Under the pieces are notes generated by a model. It had not been told where the DNA came from. It saw only the letters and a list, made by a program, of their open reading frames with translations, and searched no databases. Made by a program: the position numbers and the translations under genes. A DNA stretch of 64,000 nt from NCBI GenBank assembly GCA_023213395.1, contig CM041465.1:163129741-163193740 (forward strand). Reading direction: 5' to 3'. Of the stretch, positions 50,700-62,446 are shown piece after piece (positions within the stretch are counted from its first letter, which is position 1; each line of letters opens with the position of its first letter). This DNA is from Cycas panzhihuaensis (taxonomy: Eukaryota; Plantae; Cycadophyta).

Positions 50700-51270
50700 A
50701 GATTAGGAAGATGTACTTACTAAGGTCTATAATGGTCATTTATACCATCATAGCAAATTACATCATATTCTAGATAAAGTTTTAAAATATTGTCATAATT
50801 TTAATGGGGATGAAGTAATTTCAATAGAATGACATATTGCAGATTTTTCTATGACATACAAAAAGTTTAGAATTAATAAGCCTAATGCTACCATTAGTTT
50901 ATTTGTTCATTCTTTTATTAGAGAAGCCATTTCTTGGTTTCATTCCCTACCATGTACTTCTAGCTAAAATTTGAATGACTTAATATAGGTTTTTAGAATG
51001 AAATATTATAACTAGGAGACCAGTGCCATGCTTCTAAGAGAATTATCTAGTATAAAGAAGGAATCTATAAAAAATATCACTAAGTATGTGATGAGATTTA
51101 ATTAAATTCTCTATCATATTGGAGTTGAATTCAACCGTGCATAATGGTTCGTTATAGATAGGTTCATGGATGGTCTAGATGTAGATGTAAGGATCTAGAT
51201 CATTCTTAATTAACTAATAAATCTTCAAAGTGCAAAAGTTATTGCTCTTCATTTTTAGTCAATCATAGAT
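50700..51270 (+). pseudogene. Element 6 gag remnant
   Basis: FNGDEVISIE*HIADFSMTYKKF..TISLFVHSFIREAISWFHSLP, a Retrotrans_gag-like pattern. Confidence 0.7.
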
Positions 51271-53187
51271 AGTTGGAAGATACTTTGCTCTTCTTAAGAA
51301 GAATAAGATAGTCCTAGTTGGTATAGTGAATTTGATATTATGATGATAGATGAAGAATATATAAAACTAAAAATCAATTAGAAAGGTGATAGGAAAGTAT
51401 AAAGGAATAGCCTTAGATAGCTCTCAAAATTTTTGAGATCATATTCTTGATTAGGAAGAACAAGTTGTTACTAATCATAAAGATCTTATTTTTCTTTCAT
51501 AGATGACATAAGGCAATGATTCATCTTCAATTTTTAATGTACTTGGTGTTTTTTTGCAAACATAGAATAGCAGTATATTAACATGAGATAGGGAGTTGAA
51601 CATGAAGGCACTAAGGGTATTGTAGAATTCCCTACTATATACATACATACAATCCCATCTTCATTAGATATTATGTCACCTATAGAGGAGAGATATGACA
51701 TTTTAAATATAATATTTATCTTATTTTATAATGAGGAGATAACTATTGCATGATTGATTTTGACTCTTAATATGATTCATAACTCATTGAAATGATCTTG
51801 TAGATGTCAATAGTTCATCATGCAGTTATTGCAACCATTGGAAATTCCTTAGAGATTATTATTGATTATAATAATTATTATCGAGATTTGACTTTAGAAG
51901 TATAATGGGATAAATATATTTTTGAAAATGAAGAGAAAACATGGCCTCCTATCCTTAAGTATGAAGAGTTCACCAACAAGTTAAAGGCTTATCAATAAAT
52001 CAAAGTATGGGAAGGAGCTGAGGACATAGCCCTAAACTCTCTCAAGGGTTGGTTGCAATAGGATAGTGTTTTTGATGGATTTGAATTAGTATAAAATCTT
52101 TTTAGAGAAGCAAGAACTAAAGACTACTTAGATTCAATGCTAGATATGGATTTTAAATATGTATATATATTTTTATCTAATCTACATGAACACTCTTTAT
52201 ATGACTATGAAATTTAAATCATATAAGTGTCTACATCAATCTATATGAACTCATCTCAATATTTCATAAATGGACAGTTGATATTATTCCTAATAAGACA
52301 ACAAGAAAATAACATTATTGTTAGAGCCCTTATGGAGCAAATTTTAGAGGAAGTTGTCATGGAAGGAACTCACAAATAAGAAGATCTTGTAAAGACACCT
52401 AATGGAGTGAATATATAAATAAATAATTTGCTTATTAGTTAGGAACCTTTAGATCTCATTTACTCATATCCATACTTGACTTGCTTCAGTTCCTACTTTG
52501 AAACTAATTTCTACCCTATATCATGTGATAAATAGTAGAGGTTAGTTTTGAGCTTGAAATCTCCACTAAAAGTATGGATTAAAGGTTTTCTATTTGTGAA
52601 AGGATATTGTTGCTATCCTTTTGTAATTATAAAAGAAGTACATTCACCATATAATTGCCACTTCAACAACCTATAATTGATTGAGAAAAAAATAAAAGGC
52701 TTTATTTTATAATTATAGATTTCATAGGGTAACATGATGTTTATCCTTGTGAAAGGACAACATTTTGAACCCCTACATGCATCCTTGATACCCTCATTTT
52801 ATACATAGTAGTGTAGGGTTTTTTGTCTTCAAGTTGCCTTGAATTGCATTAACTCACAAATTATGAATAAGTGCAAGAGAGCGATATAAAATAAAGAGAG
52901 TTGTAAGATTAGCAACTTCGCACTAAATGTTTATCTATTATATATAAGAAAAACTAGACAATGTAGTCATTCTCATAGTTATATAGACTATGAGAGTTAT
53001 AACATAAGAATTAAAAATTATTAAATGTTTCTAAATTCAAAAGAAATCAACTAGTTCATCCAAAATAATATACATAAGTGTTATAGGTCATCATGCTCAT
53101 AGTTTAGGATTCGTATAAAGAAGAAATTATCTTCATATTTTTGTGTTTATCAACTCGTTGGGGATTAATGAAAGCAAGGAGGCCAAA

Positions 53188-56100
53188 TGTTACCCCTTTA
53201 TTTTTAGTATTTGTTTTAAAAAATATGTAAGTGAAGGAATATTGACATGTAGTTTCAATGAGGGATCAAAAGATAGGGATGATTAGGGTTATAAGTCAAA
53301 GGACTATATGGCTTAAAAGTCATAATAGGACAAGTATATTTAGTTAGCATTGGATGAGTTATCAAGCTTGGGAAAAAGTGATAGTAATATGAAGATGATG
53401 ATTAAATGATAAAGTGGTAAGTGAAAAGGAAATAGCGATGTGAGACATTAGTGGTTGTATTGGATTAAACGATGTGACAAAATAAATAATGATCAAATCA
53501 TTCTTCTGAGTCATCATCCTATAAAAAAACTCTATTTAAGAATATTTCTTAAGAAAAGAGGTGATCACATAGGGAGTTTTGATGTGGGAAACATCTCATA
53601 TAGGAAGGACCAATGCAAGAGACCAAAAGAACAAAAGATAATTCATGTGGTTTATTGTTCCATAAGGAGGCCTTCTCTTGGGAGCATTTTTTAAAAAGTG
53701 AGTGTCAATGCTAAATAGACCAATAGGGATGAGAGCACATGGAAAAAGAAAAGTTATGTACAATTCCTATAAAATGATCCCTCACATAAGTGCTCATTTT
53801 AAAGCATATGTCTCTAAACAAAATAGCCTCTAACATTGAGGAGTAAGTGTAGAAAACATCAATGTAGGAAACGTGTATAGGAGAGTAATTATATAATAAG
53901 AGGAATGAAAAAAAAATATAATACCTAGATACTCATTTCCTGTATACACCACCTTTCTCTTAATATCAATAAGATAGAGAGCTATTGTATAGGAAACTAT
54001 CACATAGGAAGCCATTACATTGGGCCAGACTCCTGAGACATAGATATTTATAATGGAATACATCTTAGATTAAGTTTATAAAAGGACACATAAGATGTAT
54101 GAATACCAATAAAATCTAAGCCTTTGATTCATAATACATTTTAAAGTACAACCCTTGACTTCCATTTCATATCATGATTAAGTGCCAATTACTTAATGTG
54201 ATGTGATGATGCCTTGATAATTTCGGTAATTTTGACACATCATTAATGTGATTGAATGCCTGACCTATTAGAAGAAAATGCACGATCAGAGAAGGTCATG
54301 AGGTAAAACATAGGAATTAATTAACACCATGTGTCCTATCTTATTTTTATGGATAAAAAATTATATTTTGGAGAAAAGGAGACCATATAAGGTACATATC
54401 TTGGAGGTGAAAATGTTGAAATATAAGCTTGAATTTTCTAAAAAGGGTTACTATCATTTACAAAAGATAAAGAAAATGTTATGGTGAGAAAGTTTGAAAA
54501 CGATTTATAGGATTTTTTATGTCCTTAGTTACATGATGGTCATGGGAAGGAAAAATCATATGACATTCTAAGGAAACCTTGGGTAAATAATTAATTATAG
54601 AAAATTGGATTAACTCAAAACAAGTTACTGTCTAATGAGAAGGAAATTCCTAGGCCAATATTACAATGCCATAAAACACTCAAATCTAATAAAATAAAGT
54701 TAGATACCATCACATAAGGCCTAGATCTTGAAGGCTAAAATCTAGTTGTGAAGACAACCATAAGTGGAGAATGACAAGTATCATGGAGTAAGGCTTTCAT
54801 CCATCCATTCCCTATTGTAAAGTCCCCAATGGATTAGATAAAGTAAGGTCAATACATAAGATCAAATCCAATGCTTATGCATGAGTAAAAGATTACTCCC
54901 ACTACCAACTAACCTAGGTGGTAGTTGATGGATTCCCATCATGAAGACCATCCTAATGGTAATGTAGGTTCATTTTTTAATAATACCATAGTATTTATGA
55001 TTGCTACAATAGTTTCACTCATCCTTAATCATAATAATATCATTAACCTACAAAGAATGTCATCAAACCAAATATCTAACACAAAATCTATTACCTCATT
55101 AAGAAGTAAAGGTCCTTCATTATCATAGTGGTTACTAATCAATAGAGTAAAGGTTTAAGTTAACATGCAGAGATATTTTATGTTAGCTTGTAGCCAAGGT
55201 GGCATAAGCCTATGAGAGAAGACATTGTAGTTTAAAATGAGTTATGGGGAACAAAAGGGTATGGGTAAGGGGTGCTTCTCTTTTCTTATATAACTATTTC
55301 TCTTCTTCTAAGATTTTTCTTCCCTTCTCAAACCTCTTTTATCTATCTATTCTCCTTTCTTCTTACTTACCTATATATATCTCTATATATAATCTAGTTG
55401 GAATTGACATTTTTTATAAGAGGCATTTCTACATGTAACAAATCTTATGAACTTGAGAGCACTTTGTAAGTACATTTACTACCAAAATCCTAAGTTTTCA
55501 TCATGATGATATCAATCTATATCAATTTATTTTTCTTGGTAGTGCTCAAAGCACTCAAGCATCCTATTGTATACATGACATCTTTATAATAAAGTGCATA
55601 TTGCTTTGAGAAATATTTGTTTATTTCAACTCATTAAGTTCTTTATTTTATGTTTGATATAAATTTTCCATTTTAGAAGAAGAGGATATATATCTTATAT
55701 ACATTTTATTGCTTTTCTATAATCCTTTTATATTTTTCTTTGATTTCAAGTTTGAGAGTTACCTAAATGCATGCAAGGACATTCTAACTATATTCTTAAT
55801 ACTTCAATCTAAAATAAGTAGGGAAGCACATAAAATATATTTTGTTTAGTGATGTATGTTAGGTCTTTAATAAGGGGATTTCTTAAAAGATTAGTAAATG
55901 CAAACTGAAGTTATATTCTTTATCATTTTATTTAGAGGTTTATGCCTACTAGTTCAACCCAAGTAGATCAAGACATAGACCTACTTCTTTTGGTAGGCAT
56001 ATGTAGTGAAGAAGTATTTATTCCTCTTTATTCTTCCTTAGTTTCATTTCTCCTTCTCCTTGTCTTTTCAACTTTATATTTTTTTCCATCTTTTTTGCCT

Positions 56101-56309
56101 TTCCTATCATACCATGAAAAATGTCTTTTAGCACTCTATTCACTTTCAACCTTCTATAGTATGTATATTATTATATTGTATTAGCCTATAAGTGAGCCAA
56201 GGTAGGACATATTGTAGCTATTTCACTATCATTATTTTATCAAACAAGTAGACCCAGTCATATTATAACTAATTCTTGAAGAAGGCAATGATGGTTAGAA
56301 CCAACAATA
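53188..56309 (+). repeat. Element 6 3' LTR
   Basis: Starts TGTTACCCC after the purine tract; homology to the 5' LTR ends at ...AATA. Confidence 0.88.
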
Positions 56310-56314
56310 GGTAT

Positions 56315-57830
56315 CTCTTCATTTCTCTAAAGATATCATATTGATCTTCTTATTGCTCATCTAAAACCCTAAATTTCCTATTAATAGGGACTTTCACATC
56401 TACATCAATAATAGGTATGCTAGTAATCTAAGGAGCTCTAATTATAGAATTACCTCTTACTCCTTTAGAAATATTTCCTAATTTCACAGGGATAGTAATA
56501 ACATCCTTTTGTTAACTAATAGGGTAGTCTCCTTGTTTTTCTTAAGATCTACTCAAGACTGCTAAATTGCCATGAAGAAACTTTATTTCTTGATTATCCT
56601 TAAAAGAGGCCATTATAGCTCTAGCAACTCCATAATTTGATGTTGATGTTTCTACACAAGCACCTAAGTAGCTTAGAAAGTTTTAAATTTTATGTTCTAT
56701 TTAATAACCATAGCATCAAATCCACTATCCCAAGTTGTATTAACTTGCTCTTCCCTTAGCCTTGTCAACATAATAATGGCTTAAGTTTGAGGCTCTTTAC
56801 CTTTATCTTGTTTCTTCTAATACAATAATTTATTATTTAGTTTCCTAATAGTATTCTAAGTAAGTTCTTTTATTGGTTGTTGGACTAGAGATAGAGCTCC
56901 CCTTTTAGGATTAGCCTGAAAAGGAGGAGGAGTATTCCCCATGTATCCATAATTACTTCAAGTTCAAGAGCAAAGGTTTTTGCATCTTGAAGATAAGTTG
57001 GCTCCTTAAGAATGACCATCATTTTAGTTTCAAAATCAAGTACACCTAAGAGCCACTCTATTAAAATAAGTTATGCATGTCTATGTCCAACTTCTAGTTG
57101 CTTGAGAGTCTTTTTAAACCTTCCAATATAAGTAATGGTGATCTCCTTTGCTCCTTTTCTAATGTTTAATAATTCTCTGGTTATGGTAGTAATGGGCTTT
57201 CTCTTTCTATATTTAGATCTAAATGTTTGTATCAAACCTTTCTAATCCCTAATATAAGTAGTAAGCAAATAGTAGAACTATGTACATGCATCTCTAGTTA
57301 GTGAATGAATAAAGATTCTAATAGTCACATTTATTTAAGTAATTCTAAGCATTATACATATGATAGAAAAGTTTTTAATATGTTGTTTAGTAGTAACTAA
57401 TTTGTCTCCATTGAATTTAGGATAGTCCTATGGGGCTTTGCTTGGCATATTATGATGTTCTCCTTGTAGATTAAGAGGATCATATTGAATCTAAGGGAGA
57501 GTGTTTCTTTGGGTTGCTTCCTCTTCAACCATTATTAATGTTACTTTTTCTAAAAAATTTGTTTTTGAAAATTAATGATCTAAATAAAGATCTTATTCTT
57601 TAGTTTCTTTAGTGGCCCTAAGCTTACTACAAGATCCTCTTAATTTTATTTCTTGAGTAGAGCTTTGTAGATCTTCTTATATATCTTAAGCTTTCAATGA
57701 CTAAGTATATAGCCTTCTAAAATGATCAACCAACTTTAAAAATAGTAAACCCTACTAGTATATATAATAGAATTCTAAAATGACAAAATGAATATTTTAG
57801 AGGAGAGGGTCCCTAATATGGTCTCTAGTT
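56315..57830 (-). mobile_element. Gypsy-C 5' internal region (PBS, leader, gag)
   Basis: PBS-like TAGAGACCATATTAGGGA (rev. 57810-57827); gag YDPLNLQGEHHNMPSKAP*DYPKFNGDKLVTTKQHIKNF..IRIFIHSLTRDA at ~57490-57290. It joins the protease at 47297 across Element 6. Confidence 0.78.
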
Positions 57831-58589
57831 TTATTGCCTCTTATTTTTATGCTCCCTAATAAATTGATCTATAAGTTTCTAGCCTTCAAAGTATTCAAAT
57901 GATAAAACATAAAGAATCATGGGACAACTGCAAAATATTCAATTCCACGATGCATTAACTAGCTTATAGAATGAATGAATAAGTTTATTCACATTATCTA
58001 TAAGGAAAGAATTTTCAACGAAAGAGCATTTTTGGTGAACTTTTTTAGAGTATAGGAACGACTAAAATATGCAATATGCATTGAAAGAGAAAGAAAAGGA
58101 AACAAAATTAAAAGATGATATAATGATAAACAATAATTATTTTAGGCCTCCAAAATTAAAAGATGATACAATCGATGGAATGCCAACAGAGCTAAGTTTA
58201 TCCACATGAGTTACATCAAAATATTACAAACTATAGATATCAATAGAGCTAAGTTGATCTTATCATGTCTTAACAAATTTTAACATTAAAAAAACCAAAT
58301 AAAAATCTTTAAACCATTAAGAGTCTTGACAATAATGAAAGAACTCAACTAGATAAAGCAAATGTAAGTGCTTAAAATTATCAAGATAAAGAAGATTTAT
58401 ATTAAATAATTCATTAAATCCTCTTCTGTACACAAAATAAGGTCCAGGAAAAGCCCCTTAGTGCCCCGGATTAGTTATAAGGGTTTATTCTAAAAATGCT
58501 CTAACATATGACGATCTGCAAATGAAAAAATAAGAGAAAATAATAAAAGAAAGGATTTAAAATTGAAGAAAATAGAACCAAGATTGTAC

Positions 58590-59450
58590 CAGTAGCCCAA
58601 GTAATAATCTTTCCAATCCTTATTTCTTTATTGTGTTGCCTTTTACACATGCTCTATTGAATAATAATCTTATTATAATGGTAATATTTTTGGTTACATG
58701 AAATGATTCTTATTAGTATTTATTTGTTAATTTTCTACTCTTTTAATCCAACCATGAATGATTTGTGTCTAAACTTTGACAAATGGCAATTTGTTTCTAT
58801 AGGATGAAAGGAATGGTATCGATATGAATAATAACTATTTTTATAATAATTAAAACCCTTTATTTGCTTAACTGTGTAGAGATCCATCCATATGAAATAA
58901 ATGTTTGATCCTTGTTAAATGGTAGAAATCATATTGTTAATCTAATTCTTTAAACATTTGAGTCATTTGATCACCTTGCTATGAATTCTAATGTGAAAAG
59001 TACTTTCAAATGCCTCTATAATCAACTTTTGATTTGCTTGTCATCTTTCATATCTATATTAAATTTATTTAGGTGCCATTTTGTCCTTTAAATTAATACT
59101 TTTTTTTTTTTTTTACACATTTCATGATTTTGGGGATTAATGTTTATTGAACAACCTTCATTTTGTCCATTTGTGAAAATGTGAGAGAATTATTATGACT
59201 TTTTCTTCACATTTTATAGTTTCAAAATTGAGCATCTATCTACCATGTTGTCCTACTTCACAACTTCAAAATGATTGCTTGAATATGCCTTGTCATTACC
59301 ATGCCTATGAGATTGTAAAAATATATGAGCTCATTCTTCCTAGAATCTCATAATTTTATAAGTGAGTAAGTCTTGACTTGTTTTTCCTTCATCTATTTGT
59401 AATGTTATAATATCTAATCTGTAAATTGATTTGATTTCATCTAACAATGT
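58590..59450 (-). pseudogene. Highly decayed copia gag to pre-integrase fragment (inverted relative to the adjacent pol)
   Basis: Reverse translation LDIITLQIDEGKTSQDLLT (compare Copia-1 ELYKLKMREGQTVSDFLT), knuckle-like SHIFTNGQNEGC..NP, and ACVKG near 58640. Confidence 0.45.
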
Positions 59451-59459
59451 AGGTCTTTA

Positions 59460-61963
59460 GAAGTTAGTATTTCATCAGAAAAAATATCATTTTGATGGAA
59501 CCCCCTTTTTGGACTAAGTTCTAAGACTCTTATCACTTGCTGATAAGTTCTATAAACTATGAGCATTTGCTACTACATAGTATTATTTATTACATCCTTT
59601 GAGTAAGGAGAAAAGGGGGAAATAAGTTCAATTAATGTTGAGGAGTTAATTGAGGATAAGGCCAAATGCAAATTTTCAAGGGACATTAATCAACCTAAAT
59701 TTGAGTTATTTGATAATGGTGAGGTAGCAAAGTTAGAATCTTTCTTATTTCTAGAATTAAAATATGAACTAAATGTGAATATTGAGTTAACTCCTAAACC
59801 AAAGAAGCCTTCCACACCTTTGCCTTCATCTTTGGGGAAGAAGTTGTCTCAATGGTATTTAAAAACTATAGAGGGTATAAATAAATTATTATCTAAGATA
59901 AAGAAAAAGAAAAAATCCAAAACACAACCTTCTAAATAGATGACTATTACTGTGTGGCGTGTATGTTAAGTATAGATAAACCTTTATAATCAAAGAGGTA
60001 GTTGAAAGAAAGTAATTAATTATAAATGAATCTACATAACCAAGTATAAATTAAATGGGTTTATAGATAAATACAAGGCTAAACTTATAGTGAAAGGTTT
60101 TAATCAATAAAAAGGGTTTGACTACTAAAAAACATTTACTTTTGTTCTAAAGATTAATACTATTCAATTTATTATGATGATGGATGTGTAATTTAATTGG
60201 CAGCTTCACTAAATAGATGTGAAAAGTGGATTTCTAAGGGGACTGGACAAAATATGTCTATATGGATCATCCACCTAGATTTTTTAAAGAAGGTTAAGAG
60301 CACTTAGTATGCTAACTTACAAGGGCCAAGTATATCTTAAACTAAGCTCCAAGAGCCTAGTATAAAAGGATTGATTAATGCTTTCTCAAAAATAAATTTA
60401 GGAGATCTTTAACTAACTCAAACCTATATATTAAGGTCATAAATGATAATGTAAGGTTAATGGTTTTGTACATTAATGACTTATTAATCATGGATAATGA
60501 CATTCATATAATATTAAACTTAAAAGTAAATATAGGTCACATCTTCAAGATAGATCTGGAAGTACTACATTACTTCCTTAGAGTAGAAGTATAGATAAGG
60601 CTTAAATATATCTTCATCTTTTAGGCAAAATATACATGGGATATTTTGAAGAAATTTAGAATGAATAATTACAAGATTATATCTACCCCCATGGAGATAG
60701 GTTCTAAGTTAATAACTCAAGATGTTGAAGATACTATAAATGTAACATTATAGATGAAACTAATATGTCATCTAATATACTTGATTACTACTAGATCTAA
60801 TATTTTATTTATAAATGGAATGATATTTAAGCTTGTCACAGTACTAAAATAGGGTTACTAGAAATATGTAAAAGGGATACTCAAATACTTGAGGAACGCT
60901 ATATAATGTAAACCAGAATTTATATATAATGACCACTTCAAGTTAGAAGGATTTACATATTTTAATTGGGTTAAATGTTTAGAAAATAAAAGGTTGACTT
61001 TTAGATACTATTTCAAGTTGGTATTAATTGTAATTATGTAGAGTAGTAATAAGTAATACAATGTTGTTTTATCCTTAATTAAAGTAGAGTACAAGGTTGT
61101 GGTTGCATTAGCTACTAAAGCCATTTGGTTATGTTAGATTCTAGTGGATATGGATCTACATCAATTAAAACCAACTAAGTTATGCTATGATAATTAAAGT
61201 ATATTAAATAACAAATATCACTAATAACCTAGTGTTCCATACTCCCACTAAGCACATTAAAGTGCACATTTACTTCATTTAAGAATTGATTTAAAACAGA
61301 GAGATCGAAGCATTGTACAAGCCAATAAAAGAATAATTGACTAACATCTTCACCAAGTCACACCTATAAGATAAATTTTAAATATTTAGAGATGGTTTAG
61401 GTACTAAAATTAATGAAATAAATCTTAAGTAGGATTGTTAAACTATTAATATTTATTAGGTTTAGAACTTTGAGTTATGAGCCCCCCCCTCATAAAATGT
61501 ATTTTAGTTTTTTGTTCTTATTATTGTGGAAATGATGAATCATCAAGGTTTATCTTAATATTATCTTTTATACCTAATATATGTATTTATTAAAAGTTAA
61601 TATGTTATTACAAAAGGTTTGATGAAATGGACAATTGCCTATTTCAATAAACCTCTCTCCTATAATTATTCTAGAATCTTTCATACATGTTTTAGCTTAG
61701 AAGATTTAGGAGGTTGGTATGGTAATGTAAGAATATGAAGTCAAGGCTGGTTAAAACTATAGAGAGAGGATGAGATCCTCATCATCAATCTTTCATGTAT
61801 TCATTTTATTATTATTATTATAAAATTATTATTTAAGAGGTGTTTTTTTCTCCTCTAAAGGGGTTTTCCACCTGCCAAATTTTGTGTAAATATGTGATTA
61901 CTTCTATGGTTGATATTTTGATGATTATACATGTGTTTAAGTAATGATACCCTCTCCCCCATA
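59460..61963 (+). mobile_element. Copia-7: decayed copia 3' half (INT tail, RT, RNase H) with putative LTR 61436-61963
   Basis: QWYLKTIEG, YKAKLIVKGF, DVKSGFL, LYINDLLI, VEYKV, HTKHIKVH, NIFTK; decayed PPT then TGTTA at 61436; PBS-like TGGTATTAGAAC at 61964-61975. Confidence 0.8.
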
Positions 61964-62446
61964 TGGTATTAGAACTAGGGCAGCATACGAGCCATTAAGT
62001 GTAGCACTTACTATTCCTCCAACTATGCCTACTCTCTCTCTAATGCCTGATTTGATTATATGTTGGGTTCCATGATAATTTGATGGTGAAATTTTATATT
62101 GTATTATATTGAGAGCATGATATTAATCATATTATTCAGGGTAGGTTATAATATTATTGACAAACTAAAAAATATGACAGGCAGATTTATTCATGTATAT
62201 TAAGATCAAAGTATTATATTATTTAAATATGTTCTATTTATGAAGCCCTATGCTCAGATTCTGTGCAGAGGAGATGATGTCCTTCAGCCATGATCATAAC
62301 TAACTATGACCAACCACCGTCCGTTGAAGAAATATAAAATATAGAGTCACTGACAAATCTAAGAAACTATAATTGCCCAGATACCCACAGCCAAATAAAG
62401 ATATGCATAGCACCTTGTTCATGTCCTCATGTTCTAGGAAACGATG

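Larger units (their letters stand above)
47298..56309 (+). mobile_element. Element 6: gag-only non-autonomous gypsy-type element with ~3.1-kb LTRs (LARD/TR-GAG-like)
   Basis: Long diverged direct repeats 47298-50413 and 53188-56309; PBS-like TAGCAACCATACTAGGGA from 50416; purine tract ~53170-53187; TSD GATAT (47293-47297) / GGTAT (56310-56314). The 2.8-kb internal region has a gag remnant and no recognisable pol. Confidence 0.85.

Noticed and set aside
47922-56184. Paired short hydrophobic ORFs (47922/53830, 50044/55942) as duplicated genes
   Set aside because: They are paired only because they lie in the two LTRs of Element 6. They are AT-rich and low-complexity, with no domain signal.
57830-58590. 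Gypsy-C 5' LTR
   Set aside because: Its position next to the PBS fits, but there is no partner LTR or clear terminus in the window, so boundaries cannot be supported.
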